A stretch of DNA of 63,462 nt, counting the filler, from Saprolegnia diclina VS20 (taxonomy: Eukaryota): assembly GCF_000281045.1 (NCBI RefSeq). It is 6 parts of 2 records of this genome, joined end to end, with 100 filler letters (N's around TTAATTAATTAA, not from the genome) between each part and the next. Parts side by side here need not be neighbours in the genome. Positions count along the whole stretch, not along the records: positions 33,180 to 57,468 come from NW_008246087.1; 5 more parts are not named here. One strand, 5' to 3'. Both the position numbers and the translations under genes were made by a program. Positions within the stretch are counted from its first letter, which is position 1. Each line of letters begins with the position of its first letter. Below the pieces are notes generated by a model that was given only the letters and a program-made list of their open reading frames with translations, had not been told where the DNA came from and searched no databases. Shown here piece by piece: positions 36,832 through 51,663 of the stretch.

Positions 36832-37455
36832 GGTGGAAGCTAGCTAATGCGCGAATGAACTACACTGATACAATGTAGCAGCAAGAGACGCGTGGTCTTG
36901 TCGGTTCAGCGAGCCATCGATCAAGTAGTCGACGATGACGATCGGACGGGTTCAAGCATGGTGCCAGCAACATATTAGCATTTCGTATCTAATGTAGTCG
37001 AATCCTTACTGCTCACAGTGTTGAGGCTGCCAAGAGTCTTGGCCATTGGGGTCCGTCTACGTCCTCTGTGGTACCACCCAGATGCAGTGTGTGGTTGACT
37101 TTGTTTCGAGAAGCCAATCTGGACCGAGTTGTTTGATTCTAGTATGCGTTCTTGAAGTTTCCAAGCAGATCCTGCGCGCGGTCGTTGCCACAACCAAGGT
37201 TTGTGCGGTGGGTCGCGCACGATACTGTCATTTCCAGCACTATAGCAACCACTGGCGGCGACAGTCCGCTGGATTGGGCTAAGCCATGCGGGGCAAGTCC
37301 ATGGTGGCGGTGGCTTCTCGGCTCTGTTAGCGAGCGCAGCCTTGAAGTGCTTTCACGACAGTCGTTGGAGATTCCACTTTGAGGAGACGTTTGCTCGTAT
37401 TGACCGCCCACTCGAGTTAGCAAGGGCATAAATATATGCCGTTAGTACTGGGATG

Positions 37456-40400
37456 TTAAATGAGCTGCTGTTTCTTCTTGGTTCGCCGCGTCCGACGGCC
37501 ACTCGGCGCCTCGTCGTCGCTGTTGTCGCTGTCAACGCCCTTTTCGTAGTCCTCTTCGTCAGCGAGGAGCGCGTCGGCCTCGTTGTAGAACCGCTTGCGC
37601 TTGCCCTTGGTTTTGGCACCGCGCTTGACCTTCTTGGCGAGCGGCTTGTCGTCGTCGTCATCTTCGTCAATGGCGACCACCTCGACGCTCGCACGCCGGC
37701 CGCGCTTCTTGGCCGACCGCGCGATCGGCGCGTCTTCGTCTTCGTCGTCGTCTTGGACTGAGAGATCATCGTCGTCGTCGTCGCTGACACCTTCGACGAT
37801 CGCACCGCGGTCGTCCGGCAGGTGCTCCGAGCAGATCATCATGGTCGTCGACAGGCGCAGAATGCGCATCCCGCGCATGCACGACTCGTGGAACGCTTGC
37901 GCGCAGTGGGCGCAGCTCACGACAGGCGACTTCTTCTTTGTCTTGGTGCAGCCGTGGCAGTAGTGACTCGGGCACCGGAACCGCTTCTTCCCGACCCACT
38001 CGACCTTGGCGTGCTCGAGGACGCACGTCGTGTGATAGAAGCGACCGCACTTGGCCATCGAGCACTGCGTCACGCCGTTCTCCGCACCCATCTTGCCGAC
38101 CTTGCCGCAGCACATGCACATGTGCTTGCCGGCCGTGCAGTCGGGGCAGAGCCACTTGGCGCCCGATGGCTCGGCCTTGAGACCGACGCACTCCATATGA
38201 AACGACCGGTGGCACGGACCGTCGCAGAGCAGAATGAGGCCGCCGTCGCCGCAGAGCGCACAAATATCGCCACTCGGAAGCTCGACGATCGGACCCGCCG
38301 GCATTTGCCGCTTGAGCGTCATCGACTCGGACTTCTTGCCGAGACTCTTGCGTCGACTGCTGGTCGATGCTGTCGTCACGGGCGCGGCTGGCGTCGCGCG
38401 GCAGCTGCGGACACGCGACTTGACGAGCGACTCCATGTACGCTTCGGCCACCTTGCGCTGGTCGGCGTTGAACACGTCCTTGAGCTTGAGGATCTTTTGG
38501 AGCACAGCAATCGCTATGTCGTACTCGTGGCCCGACGACCGCTTGTCCCAGACGTCCTTGCTGCTGCCGCCGCGGCTCGTGTCGGCGACGATACGGTCCA
38601 TCGCATGGCCGAGGTTGGTCATAAACTTGGCTTTGGTCTGGCGCGACGCGAGCGCCGACCCGTCGTCGAGCTTGAGGCTCAGCATTTCAATCGAAATTTG
38701 GCCTTGCGCGAGCACTTTTTCCCAAAAGTGCGGGTCGTTGACGTCGGCGGTCGAGCCTTCAGCGAAAAACGACGACCTGTCAAACACAATGCCAGCCTTC
38801 TTCTTCGGGGCCGACGAGCTCGCGCCTTCGTCTTCGTCCTTGGCGACCTCGTTCGTCACGACGCGCGTGTTCTCCTTCAAGATGGTCTCAATGTCCCGCT
38901 CGACAAACGATTTCGACGCGTCGTCGTCATCGTCCAAGAGGCCATACGCGCCCTTCTTGAGGAGCTCGACAAGCACCTCGGCCGACGGGCGCTCGATCGC
39001 GTGCGCTTCGCTAAACGACCCGGTGCCCAGCACCGCGTGCTCGAGGCCGAGCTTCCGGGACGCGCGGTCAAACATCTGGCTCTCGTACGTGTTGCGCGTC
39101 ACGAGGCGGTAGATCTTGACCGACTTCTTCTGACCAATGCGGTGGCAGCGCGACTGGGCTTGGAGGTCGTTCTGCGGGTTCCAGTCCGAGTCAAAGATGA
39201 TGACCGTGTCGGCCGCGATCAGGTTGATCCCGACGCCGCCGGCCTTGGTCGAGAGAAGAAACACAAACGACTTGGAGTTCTTCTTGGAGAAGCGATCGAT
39301 CGCCGCTTGGCGCGCGCTGCCGCTCGTCGAGCCGTCGAGGCGCTCGCACGGCATGTGCTCCTGCTCGCAGTAGCGCTCGAGGAGGTCGAGCTGCCGAATA
39401 AACTGCGAGAAAATGAGCACCTTGTGGCCTTCGGCGCGGAGCTTTGGGAGAAGCTTGCTCACGAGCACGAGCTTCCCGCTGGCTTGGATCGTCATGTTCA
39501 TAATGTCGGCCGGTTCGGGCGCCACACCGAGCGACTCGAGCTCGCGCTCCTCAACGCCCTTGATCAAGAACGGGTGGTTGCAGCACTTGCGCAGCTGCAG
39601 CTGGAGGTTGTTGAGCGTCGGGAGGCTGTTCTTCGACCCAAGGTACAAGAACGACCGGTTCCGCTCGTAAATCGCGCGGTAGTACTGCTTCTGGAGCATC
39701 GTGAGCTCGACTTGGATGATGGTCTCTTCCTTGGGCGGAATGCTCTTCTCGACGTCTTCCTTCACGCGGCGCAGAAGGTACGGCGCAATCATCTTTTGGA
39801 GCTCCGTCACCTGCTCCTGCGACTGGAGCCGGCCGTACTTCTCGATGAACGACTCCATGCTGTCGAAAATGACGGGCTCCAAAAAGTTGAGCAGCACCCA
39901 GAGCTCTTGCGTGTTGTTCTGAAGCGGCGTGCCCGTCAAGAGGAGCTTCCGATCGACGTTCAGCGCGCGCATCTGCTTGAGGACGCGCGACCCCGCGCTC
40001 TTGAGCCGGTGCGCTTCGTCGACGGCCACGAGGCGCCAGTGAATCGTCTCAAACTCCTCAAAGTCGGCAAGGATCGTCTCGAACGTCGTGAGGAGCACGT
40101 TGAACTTGAAGACGCTCTTGGTCGTGGGCATGTTGGGGTAGTACCACGTCTGCGTTCGAATGAGCGTGCGGAGGTCCTTGCCCGTGCACTTGTTGTTGCG
40201 CTCGCCGACGTCATGGTACACGCACACATTCATGTCGGTCCAGTCTTCAATCTACGAGACAAAGCATGAGCTTTCCCATGCAGCAAAGAGGACAATGAAG
40301 CATCTACCTCGCGCCGCCAGTGCTGCAGCGTTGAGAGCGGTACCACGATAAGGAATGGACCGCGAATGTCCTCTTCGGTGCGCAAATGCTCGATGAACGA

Positions 40401-43400
40401 AACGACTTGGACCGTCTTGCCGAGACCCATTTCGTCAGCGAGGAGGCACGACCGCTTGGCCTTCCAGCACGAGATCATCCAGTTGAGGCCATCGACCTGG
40501 TAGCTCCGGAGCGTGCGCCCGCCCTTGAACGTCGGCGACTGCTCGTATGGGACAAACTCGGTCGGCGCCGCAATCATCGCGACCGCCTTGCGCTTGGTCG
40601 GCAAAAAGCTCGCAAAATGCTCGTGGGGGTCCAGCGTGCCCTTCATGATGCCCGCGAGCACGTGCTGCATCGGGCCATTGGGCGCTGCATAGTTTTCGAG
40701 CGCCGGGCGCGACGTCGGGCGCAAGAGCGGGTTGGACACGCGGACCACTGGCAGCAGCGAGAGATACGAGAACGGCACGTACAGCGACGGCGGCGTCGTG
40801 CCCACAAGCGGCGCGTCGTCGTCATCGAGCGGCGGCGGAAGCGTGATGTAGCGGCGCTCGATCGTCTTGGGCGCGCACGGCATCGGAAAGATGTGGGCGG
40901 GTCGGAGCGTGTGGAAGGTGAAGAGCACGTAGTTCTTCGACTCGGAGATGAGCGCCACGACGGTGGAAAAGGGGTGCTGCGCCGTCGCCCGGTTGTTGAT
41001 GCCGACGAGAATGTCGCCCGGCGCAATGACGCCCGTGGCCTCCGCCGCGCCCATCATGCCGGTGGCGAGGTGCTGGAAGCCGAGCACGCGCGCACAGCCG
41101 TCGTCCGAGAGGCCGAGGCGCATTCCGAGGCCGCCGTCGGCCTTGGGAACGGCCACAAAGTACTCGGTGTAGCGCTGGTGCGGCCCAAACGTGTCCATCT
41201 TGAAGCTACTAAACGTCATTGGGTCGAGCATTTGCGTCGGCGCCTTTTTGACCTTGGGCTTAGGCGCCTCGAGCGTGATGGGATACCCGAGCGCGAGGTG
41301 CTCGATCATGCCGGCGAGAACCGAGCTCACCACGTCGTCGACGGCTTCGTGCTTGGTTGTCTCGTCGTCCTCGTTGTCTTCTTCGTCGCTCGACGCATCG
41401 TCGTTCTCGTCGCTGCCAGGCGCCGACTGGAAGAGCTGCGAGTACGCCGGCATCTGGATCGGGACGCGCTCGTCGTCGTCGTCGTCGTCATCGTCGTCGT
41501 CGGACGAGTCACCCGCGTCCGAGTAGTCGGCGTCGTCTTCCTTGGCCCGACTAATCGACGCGAAATGTTCCTTCTTGAGCACGTAGGCCAGCGCGGCGGC
41601 GCCACACTTTTTCAACACCGTGTGGTCCGGCGCGTGGTTGTGCAAAAGGCAGTGGAAGGCGAAGAGCTGCGCCTTGATCTGCTCCATCTGCTTGAGGTTG
41701 CGGTACTCGGCCGAGCCGTACGGTGCGTCGGCCGACTCGACGTGCCACTCGCGACTGCACGGACCGTCGTGGTCAGCGCCGAGCGTGCAAAACCGGTCGG
41801 CGGCGCAGTTGCTGCTTTTCGTTGGCCCGTTCCCGACGACCGCGTTGTGCTTGCCGCAGCACGGCAGCTGGCACGTCGTCTGCAGAATCTCCTTCTCGGT
41901 CGGGACTTTGTTGGCCTTGAAGTAGCGCACGATTTGGTCGTCGTCGCCAATGTCCTGGGCCCGCTCCCACGTCGCACACCGGATCGAGAGACCCCGCCAT
42001 TGCACGAGGAACATGGTGTTGTTCCCAAAGAGGCGCGTGCTCTGGTGCCGAGAGTCGTCCGTGCGCGTGTCGCTGTCGAGCGTAAACTTGGAGGTGCCGG
42101 TGATCGCGGCCGTGAGCACGTGCGGGATCGAAGCAGGGACCGATGACGCGCTTGTCTCGTCGCCCTTCGGGAGCACCATGGCTTCGTATGTCATGCGGAG
42201 TTCGCAGTACGGGCAGTACCACTCGCCGTCTGGCGTCGCGTCGAGCGGCGGGTCCAGACACGCGAGGTGGATCTCGTTGTCGCAGCGGTCGCAGACGAGG
42301 AGCGCATCGTCGTCGTCGCCATCGACGCTCTTGCAGACCGAGCACCCGGGCTCCCACGGCTCCCACGAGTTGAGCGCGCGCGTCTCGTGGACTTCGCCTT
42401 GGAACTGCGCGAGGATCTCCGCGTCTTCTTCGGCGTCGCCCGTCAACGGCAGGAGCTGCCACGCCGACGGGCAGATGATCCATTCAAAAAAGAGCTTTTC
42501 AAAGTCGGCCAAAAGGCCTATCGCGGCCGTCCCGATCTCCGAGTCGTTGTCGTTGAACGCCAAGCAGTTGGTAAAGACGAGCCGAATGTCCGAGACCAAG
42601 AGGCCGTACGCCGAGGGACCTGTGCATGCATGAGATCGAGTCGGCGAGAAGCACGGTCGACGTACCGACGTAGTAGTTGTCGCGGCCGAGGCGCGTCTGG
42701 ATCGTGCCAAAATCCATCGGGTTGGCGATCGTATCTAAATAGTCGGGTACTTGCTTGAGATTCACCGGCTCGAGGAACTCGGCCGACGCGGGGTCGGCCA
42801 TGAGCCGTCGCAGAATGCCAGCGCAGCGGTCGAGGACGGTCGCGTTGTTCTGGATCAAGTACGCGTCCGTGACCCGCGGGTACTTGCGTGGATACGGGAT
42901 CGAAGTCCGGCGATCGTCGAGCTGCTTCTCGACGTCTTCGTTCGTCACGCCGGTGCGGTGGTTCAAGATGGTCTCGACGGTCGCGTTGCCAATGTCGAGA
43001 TCGTCGACTTCGTCCGTATCGGCGTACCCGTCCTTGGCGCACTTCTTGTCGTAGAGCTGGACCTTGTTGCGCTTGATGTAGCCGTTCGGGAAGAACGCTT
43101 CGACCTCTTCGTACGTCAACCAGCGCATGTGCAAGTGCGAGAGCCCGACAAACTTGCAGAGGTACTCGATCGCGCCCGAGCGCGAGTTGACGCGCCGGCC
43201 CAAGATGACGTCCAAGCAGAAGTCCTTCTGGATTGTGTTCATCTCCGAGGCCATCGCGGCCGCGCGCGCGGCCTTGGTCGGTGCTACATCGTCGTCGTCG
43301 TCGAGGTCCTCAAAGAGATCTTCCACGAGCGCATCGTACGAGACGTTGTACTTGGCGCTCTTCCGGCGTCCGCGGCCTCCTGCGGCGACGCCGGCGACCT

Positions 43401-43482
43401 CGGGCCCGTCGTCGCGCTCCTTGAGGTCCTGCCGGAGCTCCTGAAGCTCCATCTGCGCCTCATTCCGCTTCCGTCCGCTCAT
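37456..43482 (-). CDS. CHD-family SNF2 chromatin remodeller (chromo-bromo-PHD-chromo-PDZ-SNF2-HelicaseC-PHD fingers)
   Basis: LADEMGLGKT, DEAH, LLTGTPLQN, HKVLIFSQF, DSDWNPQNDLQAQSRCHRIGQ; introns 42620-42665 and 40252-40307 join the three ORFs in frame. Confidence 0.93.
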
Positions 43483-44479
43483 CTTCGGCCGCAAAACTTC
43501 CGATGGTCCTAATTTGCCCTAAATTACCGTTGCCAACGCTGGCCCAGTCTCGCTCGCTGCACGCCCGCGAGCAATCCACGGCATTTCATTGGATAAAAAG
43601 ATGGAACGCACGCGCATCATTGGTCCAATTGTGCGAAAACCCGCGGCCAGTCTTTTTAGCCAATCAGCGCGCGCCAAACACGGAACGCGCCGCGGCCTGG
43701 ATTTTCGAACGTGAGCCTCAAATGAGGACAGGACATCCGAAATTCACGCGCCATTTTCCCGCGCTTGCAGCACCGATCCTCACGGCTTCCTGGCGCCTGC
43801 AGCGCTCACGTCCGCCTTCTCTCTTGCTGTGCAGGCAGAAACGTGGTAGCGTCGACGCGTCTCGCGTCACCACTGTCGCCCCGGTCGTTCCAGGTGTCAA
43901 GAGCCGCAACGCCGTCTTCGCCACGTTTCTGACGTGGCACGTTCGCACGCCATCACTTTCAAAGCCAATACATGGGTCTCGCGCGTCGTACCAACTTTGA
44001 GAGGCAAGCGTCGTCGCGCCCAAGAACGGACAAGTTGTCTTCGAATCTACACCGGAGACAAGCGTCTCTAACGATTCTTCGACGGCGCCTTGCTTATGGC
44101 AAGCTTGCATCGACTCTGGCAATGGGCCAAGCGGGTCGCACTCGGTACGGACGGCAGGAACTGCAGCACAAAGAGAGCAGCGCTATCCTCTCCTATAGTA
44201 GTACTGGCTCAACTGTCTTCCTCGTCCAGCGCCGTTCTGTATTCATACATTGTGTAGTTGCACTAATCTCGCTCGACTAAGAATGGTGAGTCTACGGCGG
44301 TAGTACCAACTGTAGTAGTATCGAGCTCGCAGACACCTCAAGCCGCAATACAGTGCCACGAGTATGAGTCAAGCAAGTCAGAGACTCGATGTCCCCTGAC
44401 AAGTGCAGGTCTCACGCTTGACCACATACGTTGCATTATATAGGGTAGGATACACGAGCTAAATTAGATAAAAAGATGC

Positions 44480-46429
44480 TTAGCCTTTGGTCGTCGAGGC
44501 AAACTCGATGCGCGTCAAGAGACCTTCGACGTGCGTCTGGTAGTAGGGCCGCCACCGGTGCTCGTAGAGCCACTTGCTAAACCAGCCCCACTGCCAGTGC
44601 TGCAAGTCGCCTTTGAAGCCAAACTGGCGCGCGTCCAGCATCCACGGAACCATCACGCGCTTGGCCTGTTCGTTGAGCGCCTCTTCGATGGGTTTTTGGA
44701 GCTTGGCGAGGTACGTTCGGTGCGTGTACGCCACGGCGAGCGCATTGCTCAAGTCGACTTCGTCTTTATCGAGGTTGGCCAACACAAGTCGCTCGACAGT
44801 CCCGAGGTACTCTGTGAGCTGGAGGAGGTACGTCGCCCAGAGCATGCTCGCCTTGCCCACGTCATTCTCTTTTTCGTACGACCGGTTGTGAAAGTACTTG
44901 ATCGCGTCGAGCACTGCAAGCGTTGCGTCGTAGCCTTCCATCGTCACCGCGAGGCCCGAGGCGAGTGCTGGCTTGCGCTGGACAACCCGGGGCACAACGA
45001 CCGTCCGCTTGATCTCGATCGCGGTCCGGACGAAAAGGGCAAACTCGGCGAACCAATCAAAGAAGAGGTCGACCTTCCAGCTCTGATGGAACGGGATGTA
45101 GTCGATCGAGATGAGCCGGCGAATGCGGACAAGCGCGTGACGGAGCGCTTCGTGCGGCATCAGAAAGATCGCATCGAACCACTGCAGCGTCTGCGCGGCC
45201 TGCTTTTGCTGCAGGTACGGCGACAAAATCGCGTTTTCCCGCGCGCGCAAGTCGACAGGCGACGTGGTGCGCGCCACATACGAGCTGTACACGGACGACG
45301 TGTGGTCGTTCGAGTTGGGACCCGACATGGAGCCTTTGAAGCTCCGGCTCGGACGACCGTTTGCGTGGAACGGCGTGCGAAGTGGCGACGGCGGTGGCTT
45401 GAGGCCGTCGTCCATCGCCTCGACCTCGAGCGAGAGCCGCGCGGCGTGCTCTTCGATCGGCGTCATCGGGTACGGCTCGCACTCATGCTTGGCGCCCTTG
45501 GTTGACGCAACCTTTTGCATGTGCACGCGCGCGAGCTCCATTGCATGGAGGTACGACTCGAGCTCGCCCTCGGTTTCCGACCGGGACGTCCAGACGCGCG
45601 ACGCCCAAATATTGACATTGTCCTCGTACGACGAGTCGTCATAGTAGAACGTCGGGTGCTGCTCCGACTGACTCGACTCGTCGCCGCTCGCGCCACCGAC
45701 CAGCGGCATCTTGAACGACGCCTCCGAGCTGTCGTCGTCGCCCGCAAAATCAAAGTTGAAAAATGGCTCTTCTAGCCCCGCGAGGAGCGTCGGCTCAAAG
45801 TTCGAGTTGAGAAGCGGCTCGGAAATCGTCTCCTTGTGCTTGGGCAAGAAGAGACTCTGGCGCCCCGACTCTTCCTCGTAGTACATGTGGGACGAGGACG
45901 CCGAGAGCGGCGGCGGCACGTCCGAGCTCGACGTCGAGCCAGAGAAAACGCTATGCTGCGCCACGTCGGCAGATGGCCCCGAGAGAACGTAGTTGGCGTT
46001 GACGGCCGTCTGCACGCTGGAGCTCGTACTCGAGGGCATGTGCGAGGTCGTGGCCGAAAGGACGTCCGACTTGGTGGACGAGAGGACGTCCGAGGTGGCG
46101 CCCGAGAGCACAGCGACGGAGGCACCCGAGAGCACATTAAAATCGGTGCTCAGCGGTTGCGAAGTGGACGTCGAGAGCAGCTCGGACGACGATGCGTCCG
46201 ATCCCGACGAGGGTCCGTCCCGCGCCGGTGTCTCGGATTGGAACGACGAGAAGAGCGACGAATTGTTGGACCGGATCGGCGCGTTCGTGCTTGCCTGGTA
46301 TTGGGCCGACGTCGGGTAGATGAACGACCGAGGTGACGCGTCCGGGTGAAAGAAGGAGGGTTCGGACGACGTCGGGCTCGCGATAAACGAGATCTCGAGG
46401 TCCGACTCGGCGGCGGCGTCGGTCATCAT
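44480..46429 (-). CDS. Hypothetical protein: Ser-rich disordered N-terminus + degenerate hemerythrin-like helical domain
   Basis: Single long ORF from ATG 46429; WFDAIFLMPHEALRHAL...FFDWFAEF pattern; domain assignment is inference. Confidence 0.7.
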   Translation of the reverse strand: MMTDAAAESDLEISFIASPTSSEPSFFHPDASPRSFIYPTSAQYQASTNAPIRSNNSSLFSSFQSETPARDGPSSGSDASSSELLSTSTSQPLSTDFNVLSGASVAVLSGATSDVLSSTKSDVLSATTSHMPSSTSSSVQTAVNANYVLSGPSADVAQHSVFSGSTSSSDVPPPLSASSSHMYYEEESGRQSLFLPKHKETISEPLLNSNFEPTLLAGLEEPFFNFDFAGDDDSSEASFKMPLVGGASGDESSQSEQHPTFYYDDSSYEDNVNIWASRVWTSRSETEGELESYLHAMELARVHMQKVASTKGAKHECEPYPMTPIEEHAARLSLEVEAMDDGLKPPPSPLRTPFHANGRPSRSFKGSMSGPNSNDHTSSVYSSYVARTTSPVDLRARENAILSPYLQQKQAAQTLQWFDAIFLMPHEALRHALVRIRRLISIDYIPFHQSWKVDLFFDWFAEFALFVRTAIEIKRTVVVPRVVQRKPALASGLAVTMEGYDATLAVLDAIKYFHNRSYEKENDVGKASMLWATYLLQLTEYLGTVERLVLANLDKDEVDLSNALAVAYTHRTYLAKLQKPIEEALNEQAKRVMVPWMLDARQFGFKGDLQHWQWGWFSKWLYEHRWRPYYQTHVEGLLTRIEFASTTKG

Positions 46430-48513
46430 CGTGTTGGGAGAGGCGAAAAGACGACGACTGGCACACGCAAGACACAGTCGCGACCTGGCGACAGCTGCGA
46501 GACAGCGCTTCGGTGTTCCATTCCTATAATATGCGCCCTGTTTCTTACATGTATATTCACTTGGACTGCGACATCCGCTCTCCGTGCGTGGACGCTCGAC
46601 GACGGCCTGCTGTGGCATCGCAGCCTAGCCTAGCGTTGCCAGGTTGAAGTCCGCGCCCTCGACTTGCTCGTCCGCGAGGCGCCCACACACGCCGAGGGCC
46701 GCCCACGCATGCGGAATACCGGCGGCTCGTGTCCTTGAAGTTGTTGAAATTATCGAGGCCAGGCGGTCGCGCTTTTTTCGCGTGACAAAGCCCAATGATA
46801 ATGAAGCGATTTGATTGGCCATCGCAGTTGTATATATACACGAGCGGGTGCCACGTACGCTGTCGCTGTAAGCCACGGCACAAATGAACTACGGTGCGTC
46901 AGCCGTGCGATCAGTCGTGCGCAGTTGCAAGCAGCGTAGCTCGTCTCTTGCTGTCGACTCGCGAAGCCTGACCAGAGTTTTGAATCGGAACCCGGATCGC
47001 AACCAGCAGTCCGGACTACCGGTAGTGTGACGAAAGCTGTGACGAACGAGTGACTTTTCGGGCTTGTCGCGCAATGCAAGCCCTTACGCGACGTTGTGAC
47101 ATACATGTACTCGACATGTAGCCGCCATCATGAGAAGTTGACACCGCAGTGAGAGATACCATGGGTGTGAGCGTGATGGCGGACACCCATGCACGTCTGT
47201 ATTTGCATGGATGGACGAATCGTAGTCGCAGTCGCCATGGTTCTCTTACGCCACATGGGCGATCACACAATACACCTGGACGCCTTGCCCTTGCTTGCAC
47301 CACGATCTTCTGGATGGCGCTGAGCCATCCAGAAGTCCACGAGCCCAACAAGCGACGTGCTCCGCGTGGCCAAAACAAACGGTGTGCTACGCTTTGAGGG
47401 AGGCGCATTCGCATAGCTGGAAATGAAAACTGCAGCAAGCTGCGACGGCGCGTTGGCCCGGAAAAGTTTGCGCAGCAAAGGTCGAGCGAGTGCTGTGGTA
47501 TATCTGGGAAACCGTGCTCGTTAAATGACAAACCCACTCGCACAGCTCAGGTAATGGGAACCTAGGCGGCTGTATCCTAAGTCTAGAGATCGATCATGTC
47601 GTTGAAGGTCCTTCTGCGATCTTCATACCAAATGCTCCACAGCCGACCCCTCGGCGGATTGTTCTGGATCTAGTAGTATGGGCATTTGTAGGGAAGTGGA
47701 CTGCAGTCACTACCTGCCCGTCGTCAGTGGACAGAGTCGTAGAGGCTCACTTCAGCATTCGCTTTGTATCCAACGCGCTTGGCTTATTGAGTCGAGCCAC
47801 CTCCAATTGTCGTCCTTCTCGTTGGATCGTATTGAAGTTCGCTTGCTTGCTATCTCGGAGTACAGCACAAGCGCCGACTTTTGTGCAGGCCAATGCGCCG
47901 TCGCAAATACCGCACGGGACCTGTCTGAAACCAATTTTCGGGGCCACGGTTTTACGGACCGCAGACTTGGCTGCTGCGGCGGCAGCCTCCACGGCGATGT
48001 GAATGGTTCATAGCATGGATGTTCAGTGGCGCTGCCTCGCCGCCAGCCCGATGATCGTCTCCAGGCGTCCAATTCACGTCCTCGGCAATCGGTGCGCAGA
48101 GCTACCGTCGAAAGCAATGGTCCATGAGGCGACTTTACCATGAGAGGCCCACGCATCGCTGTGTTTCACGACTGACGTCCTGGTAACGCTTGCAACAGCA
48201 TCATCGCAGTCATTGTTCTTCGGGACCCAAATTTCTGTTCTTCGAGACCTCGTGTGCAGCTCTCACAGCAGCCTGCGAGCGCCAACAAGAGTCTCTGCGA
48301 TCGACAGGTTCCAGGACCTTCGCAAATGAACAGCATAACCCGGCACCTCCTATCGCTTCGCATGTCAACCAACGAGAGCTCCGTCTATCGCCATGGAGAG
48401 CGCATTCCAAAGTAGCTCCACTCGAGCGTTTGCTTCGACGGGAAGAAACGCACGGCCAGCGACGAGTAGTCTTGTCTGCTTGGAGCCACACACTTAAGCT
48501 TGACTACACGTAG

Positions 48514-50190
<1,677 letters not shown>

Positions 50191-50316
50191 GCACTTTGAC
50201 GCCGTCTAGTTAGTGTACTAGTATTTTGATAACTTCGACTCAATTTATGGATTAAAGATACGAACGTAACTCAAATGTCGGACCCGCACAAAGGCCAGAA
50301 CGGCATTTAGTTCTAC

Positions 50317-51663
50317 TTATAAGCCAAACCAATGGTCGTTGCTCATGCCCCAGCCCAAGGTCGAACCCGACGAGAGACCGAGGAAGAGCGCCATGACCAT
50401 AAGCGCGGCAGCGGCTTCACGGTCTTCTTGCGGTACGAAGAGCGGCGCCTTCCCAATCGTGATGGTCGAGAAGAGGCCGCCGGTGACGCCCATGAGAAAG
50501 TAAAGCACGAGCACAAAGGCGTACGCGCTCCAGTGCGCGTCGCCAAACGCATAGAGCGAGCTCGAGAGAAGCGTCAGGAGCAGCAACGGGAGGCACAACC
50601 AGCGCAAAAGCGACGCGATCAAGCACGTCCGCATTGAAAAATACCCCGCGACAAGGTTCGTCGATGCCAGTCGCCCGATGAGGTCGCCGACGTTGAAGGG
50701 CGTCGTGACGCCCGGCGAGATGACCCACGGCCCCGACGACGACGTGATGATGTCGGTGGCCTGCACCGTGGACGCGATACCGATGCCAGGGTACAGCGAC
50801 ATGCTGCAAAAGAAGAGCATAAACTGAGCAAGCATGGGCACGACGATGACTCTTCCGACGCGGACAAACTTGGCCCAGAGGGTCGGGAGCGACACGTCTC
50901 CGTGCTTGAGGTGGTCGGAAGTCGCGCGATCGAGGAGGTAGCGCACGCACGGAATGCGCTCAAGGTGGCGGTAGACGAGGACGGCGCCGATCGCGACGAG
51001 CAAGAGGAGCGCCATGAAGATGAAGAACGAGATTTTGACGCTGCCCGCGGGGTCGGAGTCGTGGACGCCGCCGACACACAAGTGAATGAGAGCCGCCAAC
51101 ACAACGTTGAGGACACCGGCCGTGACGTTGCCGACCTGGATCGCATTCGTAAAGTGCGCGTCGGGGAAGAGCGCGGCGACGTTGTAGTAGGCCGGCTCGG
51201 TGAGCGAGTGGGCGGCGCCGACAAACCCAAAGCAGATCAAGACCATGGTGGCGCCGTTGGTCTGGCTCATGTCGAGATAGCCTTGCACGATGATGAGGAC
51301 GCTTGCGAGACCAAAGATGGTGTAGCCGAGGAGGACGCGCTTCATGTTGCCGAGCGACCGGTCCAAGCCAAACCACATTTGCACGAGGTGGCCGATCGTG
51401 AGGGGCCACGTCAGGACCGGTGTTGTCAAAAACGCAAACTTGACGTCGGGAAACGCGCTCTTGTAGTAGTCTTGGGCCGTCAAGCACGAGTAGAAGGCCC
51501 ACATGACCGAGCCTTCGAGGAAGAGGAGGGACGAATATATCACGACGCGGTTTTCCTGGATTTGGTCCAGGATAGACTGCGGAATCTCGGCCTCGAACTC
51601 GTGCAGCGGCGTTTTCACGTCCACGGCTTGGTGGTAATACTCTTCGTGGGGTAGACTCGTCAT
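50317..51663 (-). CDS. Equilibrative nucleoside transporter (SLC29/ENT), paralog of 35482-36831
   Basis: FAFLTTPVLTWPL, LYPGIG, FNVGDLIGR, QEDREAAAALM; colinear with the first ENT. Confidence 0.9.
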   Translation of the reverse strand: MTSLPHEEYYHQAVDVKTPLHEFEAEIPQSILDQIQENRVVIYSSLLFLEGSVMWAFYSCLTAQDYYKSAFPDVKFAFLTTPVLTWPLTIGHLVQMWFGLDRSLGNMKRVLLGYTIFGLASVLIIVQGYLDMSQTNGATMVLICFGFVGAAHSLTEPAYYNVAALFPDAHFTNAIQVGNVTAGVLNVVLAALIHLCVGGVHDSDPAGSVKISFFIFMALLLLVAIGAVLVYRHLERIPCVRYLLDRATSDHLKHGDVSLPTLWAKFVRVGRVIVVPMLAQFMLFFCSMSLYPGIGIASTVQATDIITSSSGPWVISPGVTTPFNVGDLIGRLASTNLVAGYFSMRTCLIASLLRWLCLPLLLLTLLSSSLYAFGDAHWSAYAFVLVLYFLMGVTGGLFSTITIGKAPLFVPQEDREAAAALMVMALFLGLSSGSTLGWGMSNDHWFGL

